Assembly (NCBI RefSeq): GCF_013149785.1
Contig: NZ_JABEZU010000003.1
Span: 496,001-540,091 of the forward strand
From: Isoptericola halotolerans
Lineage (GTDB): Bacteria; Actinomycetota; Actinomycetes; Actinomycetales; Cellulomonadaceae
Length of the DNA stretch: 44,091 bases
Direction: 5' to 3'
Shown here: positions 39,689-44,091 of the stretch, piece after piece
Layout: each line of letters starts with the position of its first letter
How positions within the stretch are numbered: position 1 is the stretch's first letter
Made by a program: the position numbers and the translations under genes
Notes under the pieces: generated by a model
What the model was told of the DNA's origin: nothing
The model's input: the letters and a program-made list of their open reading frames with translations, nothing else
Database searches by the model: none

Positions 39689-40632
39689 CCCTCCTTGTCG
39701 TGCTCGTCCGCGGCCGACCGGGCCGCACGGCGGGCTGCTGCGTCGTCCGCCGCCTCGCGCCACCCGATGACGGGCAGGTTGAACTTCGAGACGAGCCGGT
39801 CGCTGAAGGGGGCGTGCACCAGCCGTGCGAACCGCAACGGGTCCGTGCCACGGCGCACCTGGACCCGTGACCCCACCGGGAGATCGATGCTGCGACGCCC
39901 GTCGCACGTCAGCACGCCCGGCAGCGGGCTCCTGTCGAGCACGTCGATCGTGTACTCCGACCGTGGCCCGATGACGAGCGGCCGCGAGAACAGCGCGTGC
40001 GCGGACAACGGGACCAGCAGCACCGCGTCGACGTCCGGCCACAGGACGGGGCCTCCGGCGGAGAACGCGTGCGCCGTCGATCCTGTGGCCGTCGCGATCA
40101 CCACGCCGTCGCACCCGAACGAGCTGACGGGACGGTCGTCGACGGCGACAGCCACCTCGATCATCCGGTCCCGCTGCGCCTTCTCCACCGTGGCCTCGTT
40201 CAACGCCCAGCCCGTGACCGGCTCGTCCTCCCCCGGACGGTGCACGACGACGTCGACGACGCTGCGCTCCTCCACCACGTACTCACGAGCCGCCACCCGC
40301 CGGACGGCGTCGTGCAGGTTCTCGCGCTCCGACTCGGCGAGGAAGCCCACGTGCCCCAGGTTGACGCCCAGCAGCGGCACGTCCGTGCCGTGGGTGAGTT
40401 CCGCCGCCCGCAGGATCGTGCCATCTCCACCGAGGACCATGACGATCTCGGACTCGCTCACGCCTTCCCTCGCCCGCGCGGCGGCCATCTCGTCACCGAA
40501 GGTCTCCGCGAGGTCGTCGTCGTGCAGAGCCACCTCGAAACCGGCTCTCTCCAGCTCGTCGACGGCCTCGGACATCGCCGCCACGGCCTGCGGACGTCCG
40601 CCGTGCGTGACGATCAGCACGCGACGGGTCAT
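39685..40632 (-). CDS. nadK: NAD kinase
   Basis: LGGDGTIL, GVNLGHVGFL, ALNE, ATATGSTAHAFSAGGP. Confidence 0.95.
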   Translation of the reverse strand: MTRRVLIVTHGGRPQAVAAMSEAVDELERAGFEVALHDDDLAETFGDEMAAARAREGVSESEIVMVLGGDGTILRAAELTHGTDVPLLGVNLGHVGFLAESERENLHDAVRRVAAREYVVEERSVVDVVVHRPGEDEPVTGWALNEATVEKAQRDRMIEVAVAVDDRPVSSFGCDGVVIATATGSTAHAFSAGGPVLWPDVDAVLLVPLSAHALFSRPLVIGPRSEYTIDVLDRSPLPGVLTCDGRRSIDLPVGSRVQVRRGTDPLRFARLVHAPFSDRLVSKFNLPVIGWREAADDAAARRAARSAADEHDKEG

Positions 40633-41531
40633 GCGGCACCTCCGTAGATGTCCGTCGGGACCAACGCGACGGGCGGGAGCATAGCGTCCGGCCGCCAGGC
40701 CACGGCGGTCCGCGCCGCGATCTCGAGCGCCTCGGTCGCGTGCGCGGCGAGATCGGTCGACGCTGCGCCGCTGCTGCTCACCCAGCAGAAGTACTCCCGG
40801 TTGCCGCTCGGCCCGGGCAACGCGCTCGGTACGACGGCGTGCACCGAGAGCCCGGCGGCCATCGCGGCCCGTCCGACGCCCACCACCGACTCGACGTGCA
40901 GTGCGAGGTCTCGGACCACGCCGCCACTGCCGAGACGGTCTCGCCCGACCTCGAACTGCGGTTTGACGAGCAGCAGCGCCTGCGAACCATCGGACATCAC
41001 GCCCGAGAGCGCCGGCAGCACCAGCCGCAGGGAGATGAACGACAGGTCCCCGACCACCACGTCGGGTGCCGCGTCCAGGTCGTCGAGCGTCAGGTGCCGC
41101 ACGTTGCAGCCTTCTCGCACCGTCACCCGGGGGTCCGCCCGCAGCGCGGGGACCATCTGGTCGTGGCCGACGTCGACCGCGGTGACATGTGCGGCGCCGC
41201 GCCGCAGCAGCACGTCCGTGAACCCGCCGGTCGAAGCACCGAGGTCGAGGCAGACCGCGCCGGGCACGCGATCGCTCACCACTCGTCCGTACGGGTCGCC
41301 GGCCAGCCCGTCGAGCGCCCCGGCCAGCTTCTCACCGGCGCGCGACGCGTAACCGGGTTCGTCGGGGTCGGCCTCGACGGTGACGTCTTGCCCGGGAGAG
41401 ACCGGCGACGACGGCTTGCGCACCGCCGCGCCGTCCACGCGGACGCGGCCGGCCGCCACGAGAGCCGAGGCATGCTTGCGCGACCGGGCCAAGCCGCGCC
41501 GCACGAGCTCGGCGTCGGCACGCTGGGCCAT
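40629..41531 (-). CDS. tlyA: TlyA family rRNA 2'-O-methyltransferase
   Basis: S4 domain (RADAELVRRGLARSR), YASRAGEKL, DLGASTGGFT, DLSFISL, VKPQFE, GPSGNREY. Confidence 0.94.
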   Translation of the reverse strand: MAQRADAELVRRGLARSRKHASALVAAGRVRVDGAAVRKPSSPVSPGQDVTVEADPDEPGYASRAGEKLAGALDGLAGDPYGRVVSDRVPGAVCLDLGASTGGFTDVLLRRGAAHVTAVDVGHDQMVPALRADPRVTVREGCNVRHLTLDDLDAAPDVVVGDLSFISLRLVLPALSGVMSDGSQALLLVKPQFEVGRDRLGSGGVVRDLALHVESVVGVGRAAMAAGLSVHAVVPSALPGPSGNREYFCWVSSSGAASTDLAAHATEALEIAARTAVAWRPDAMLPPVALVPTDIYGGAA

Positions 41532-41698
41532 CAGTCACCCGCCCCGTCGTCCGTCGCCCTGCTGTCGAGCTGCGCACTGAGCCCGTCGTACACAGCCTGG
41601 AACCGGGCGACGTGCTCGTCGGTCGGCAGATCGTCGAGACCGACGAGCGGCGCCAGCACGGAGTCAGAGGCGCGCTGCTCCTGCGCGTCGTGCGGCAT
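41531..41698 (-). CDS. Small acidic hypothetical protein
   Basis: MPHDAQEQ...LDDLPTDEHVARFQAVYDGLSAQLD; AGGAGG RBS; TGATG coupling to tlyA; a small ORF is typical at this locus. Confidence 0.65.
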   Translation of the reverse strand: MPHDAQEQRASDSVLAPLVGLDDLPTDEHVARFQAVYDGLSAQLDSRATDDGAGD

Positions 41699-41792
41699 GT
41701 CCCCTCCTCGCTGGTCGTCGGTCCGTGACCACGCTACCTGGTGGGTGCGACGGCCCCGCCGAGGCAGGGCCGTCGACCGGTCGGTCGACGTC

Positions 41793-42803
41793 TCAGGCCC
41801 CCAGGTCCGGTACCCCGGAGGGGTGGAGCGCAGCACCGGCGTCGGCCGCCGCCCAGGCCGCGGCGCACGCAGCCCGCACGCCGTCGATGCCGGACAGCTC
41901 CGAGCCGTCGAGCTCGAGCGTGCCGTCGACCACACGGGCGGCCCGCTCACCGCACCGCCACCAGCCGCCCTCGGAGAACGGTCGGGGGTGCGGCCCGAGC
42001 AACGCCCTCAGGTCGGCACCGATGTAGTGCGGACGCAGGCCCGGCTCAGCGAGGACGGCGTCCCGCGCGCTGGAGACCCCGGTCAGGACGTGCAGCCCCG
42101 GGTAGCCCCCGGCGCGCGCACCGGCGAGATCGGTGTCCAGGCGATCACCGATCACGAGCGGGCGCTGCGCGGCACGCCGCGCCACCGCCATGTCGTACAT
42201 CGCCGGCGACGGCTTGCCGGCGCTCGCCGGCTGGACGCCGGTCGCCGCGACGACAGCACCGACCAACGCTCCGTTGCCCGGGGCGAAACCGCGGGCCGTC
42301 GGCAAGGACATGTCGCGGTTGCTGGCCACGAACCATGCGCCGCCGGCGACCGCGTAGGCGGCCTCGGCGAGGTCGCTCCAGCCGAGCTCGGGCGCGAACC
42401 CCTGCGCGACGGCCTCGGGGGCGTCGTCGGCCGAGGACACCACCTCGAAGCCGGCCTCCCGCACCGCCGTGACCAGGCCACGGCCACCGATCACCAAGAC
42501 TCTCGCACCGGACGCGAGGCGAGTGGTGAGGACCTGCGCACACGCCTGTGCGGCCGTCATCACCTCGTCAGGTTCGGTGGGGATGGACAGGCTGCTGAGC
42601 TGGCTCGCGACGTCCTCGGGCTCACGCGACGCGTTGTTGGTCACGAACATCAGGCGCAACCCGCGGCGCCGCGCCTCGTCGAGGGACTCGGCTGCGTGAG
42701 CGATCGGCAGGTGTCCCTGGTAGGCAACACCGTCCAGGTCCACGAGCGCGAGATCGTGCGCGTCCGCCAGCGGGATCTCGCTGCCGAGAAGGCCTGCGGT
42801 CAC
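41793..42803 (-). CDS. HAD-IIA family hydrolase
   Basis: DLDGVAY, FVTNNASR, SNRD, AGKPSP, IGDRLDTD, VLTGVS. Confidence 0.92.
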   Translation of the reverse strand: MTAGLLGSEIPLADAHDLALVDLDGVAYQGHLPIAHAAESLDEARRRGLRLMFVTNNASREPEDVASQLSSLSIPTEPDEVMTAAQACAQVLTTRLASGARVLVIGGRGLVTAVREAGFEVVSSADDAPEAVAQGFAPELGWSDLAEAAYAVAGGAWFVASNRDMSLPTARGFAPGNGALVGAVVAATGVQPASAGKPSPAMYDMAVARRAAQRPLVIGDRLDTDLAGARAGGYPGLHVLTGVSSARDAVLAEPGLRPHYIGADLRALLGPHPRPFSEGGWWRCGERAARVVDGTLELDGSELSGIDGVRAACAAAWAAADAGAALHPSGVPDLGA

Positions 42804-43885
42804 GCCTCGTCCTCGTCGGTGTCCGCCGTCTCGTCGAAGACGTCGTAGACGACGTAGTCCTCGTCATCCTCCCCGGCACCGAGCGCACGTCCCAGGGCTT
42901 CGGGGTCGACACCGGCGAGCACCTCCGCCGCTGCCTCGGGACGACCGGCCGCCTCCAGCGCGACCGCCCGCGCCTGGAGGACTCGCAGCCCGAGATCCCC
43001 TTGGCGCTCGGATGCCGGGATGCGGTCGAGTGCCGTCAACGCCGCGTCATGGTCACCCAGGTCGCTCCGTGCGCCGCTGACCACGATGGCGAGCTCCGTC
43101 CGGGCCTCGGCCTCCAGGGTGGAGGCTTCCTCGGACTGCGCCAACGCGATCGCGCGCTCAGGGCGCCCCAGGCCACGTTCCGCGTCCGCCATGAGCGGCA
43201 GGTGCTCCGAGGAGCCGTTCAGACGCCGCACGGTGCGCAGCTCACGGAGCGCTTCCGCATACCGGCCGGTGCGATACGCCGCGATCCCTGCAGCCTCGCG
43301 TACCACGTCGATACGACCGGCACGTCGGACCGCCGCCTGCGCATGCAGGTACGCCTGCTCCGGATCAGTGTCGAGGAGGCGCCCGGCCATCACCAGGTGT
43401 GCGCCCACGCCCTCCGCGTTGTCCTTGCTGAGCCCGCGCAGACGAGCCCGCGCCTCCTTGTTGAGCTGGCGGGAGTCGACGCCCTCCGGGATCTCGGGGT
43501 CCGGCACGCGATCCGGGTCACGAGGGCGCTCCGGGCGATCCTTGCCCGACGCTCGCTGCTGACCGCCACGTGGGCCGTACGCTCCGCCGCGCGCCCCGCT
43601 GTGCCGGTCGTCGCGCCGACCCCGGTCACCACCGTGGGCACCGTCCCGACCTCCCTTGCCACCGCGGGCAGAGCCCGCACGACCGCCGCTGCGCTCACTC
43701 CCACGGGACTCCGACGCATCTCGACGAGGCCCCTCGCGCCGCGCGCCCTGCGCTCGCCCGCTCGCAGCACCCGGCTGGCCGTCCCGCTGGCGACGCGGTC
43801 CGCCCTCACCCGAGCTCGAGCGCTGCGGACGCCGGGATGCGCCGTCCTCGCGGTCACGACGGTCCTCGCGCGGCGTGTCGTTCAC
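42800..43885 (-). CDS. TPR-like protein with long Arg/Gly-rich disordered N-terminus
   Basis: LRGLSKDNAEGVGAHLVMAG...VREAAGIAAY..G.YAEALRELRTVRR...MADAERGLGRPERA; GAGAGG RBS before GTG 43885. Confidence 0.8.
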   Translation of the reverse strand: MNDTPREDRRDREDGASRRPQRSSSGEGGPRRQRDGQPGAASGRAQGARREGPRRDASESRGSERSGGRAGSARGGKGGRDGAHGGDRGRRDDRHSGARGGAYGPRGGQQRASGKDRPERPRDPDRVPDPEIPEGVDSRQLNKEARARLRGLSKDNAEGVGAHLVMAGRLLDTDPEQAYLHAQAAVRRAGRIDVVREAAGIAAYRTGRYAEALRELRTVRRLNGSSEHLPLMADAERGLGRPERAIALAQSEEASTLEAEARTELAIVVSGARSDLGDHDAALTALDRIPASERQGDLGLRVLQARAVALEAAGRPEAAAEVLAGVDPEALGRALGAGEDDEDYVVYDVFDETADTDEDEA

Positions 43886-43950
43886 GGTCGTCCTCTCGTT
43901 CCAGGTCAGTGAGAGATTCTCCCACGTGTCGCCGGCAGGTGTGGTGGATG

Positions 43951-43992
43951 CAGTCAGGCCCCCCGCACCGTGTGGTGTGGGGGGCCTGGCTG
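43951..43992 (-). terminator. rRNA operon terminator hairpin
   Basis: CAGTCAGGCCCCCCGCACC-gtgt-GGTGTGGGGGGCCTGGCTG immediately downstream of the 5S gene. Confidence 0.7.
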
Positions 43993-44001
43993 TGAAGGGT
44001 G

Positions 44002-44091
44002 TCCGGCGGCGTCCTACTCTCCCACCCCGTCTCCAGGGCAGTACCATCGGCGCTGAAGGGCTGAGCTTCCGGGTTCGGTATGGGACCGGGC
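44002..44091 (-). rRNA. rrf: 5S rRNA (3' portion; truncated by the right edge)
   Basis: CCGGCGGCGTCCTACTCTCCCAC...GCAGTACCATCGGCGCTG...AGCTTCCGGGTTCGG.ATGGGACCGGG is the reverse complement of actinobacterial 5S rRNA. Confidence 0.95.

Overview
High-GC actinobacterial chromosome segment, most likely Micrococcales (inferred from gene content and order). It is mostly housekeeping genes in two conserved blocks that meet tail-to-tail near 30.65 kb. Block 1 (left) holds SPFH/NfeD, glgA-glgC-serB, sixA-fabI-fabG, DUF3099-small Cys protein-SURF1, an ABC-F, the complete sufR-sufBD-Rieske-sufCSUT operon and an ABC exporter plus CtaA. Block 2 (right, minus strand) runs 5S rRNA, TPR protein, HAD-IIA, tlyA, nadK, recN, steA, steB, an MraY-like protein, a MurJ-like flippase, pyrG and a NUDIX hydrolase. 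The left edge has a truncated GH10 xylanase, a membrane-anchored esterase and a GNAT. The main accessory patch (15.9-20.2 kb) contains a DUF2809-membrane/VanY-like M15 peptidase fusion, DUF1697, a methyltransferase behind a perfect Fur/Zur-type palindrome, and a compositionally atypical divergent pair (DEDDh exonuclease and a tandem-domain unknown protein). About 15 genes look leaderless. I found no CRISPR array, tRNA, integrase or transposase. Family calls come from motif recognition by eye, not database searches, and none of the candidate new systems is established.
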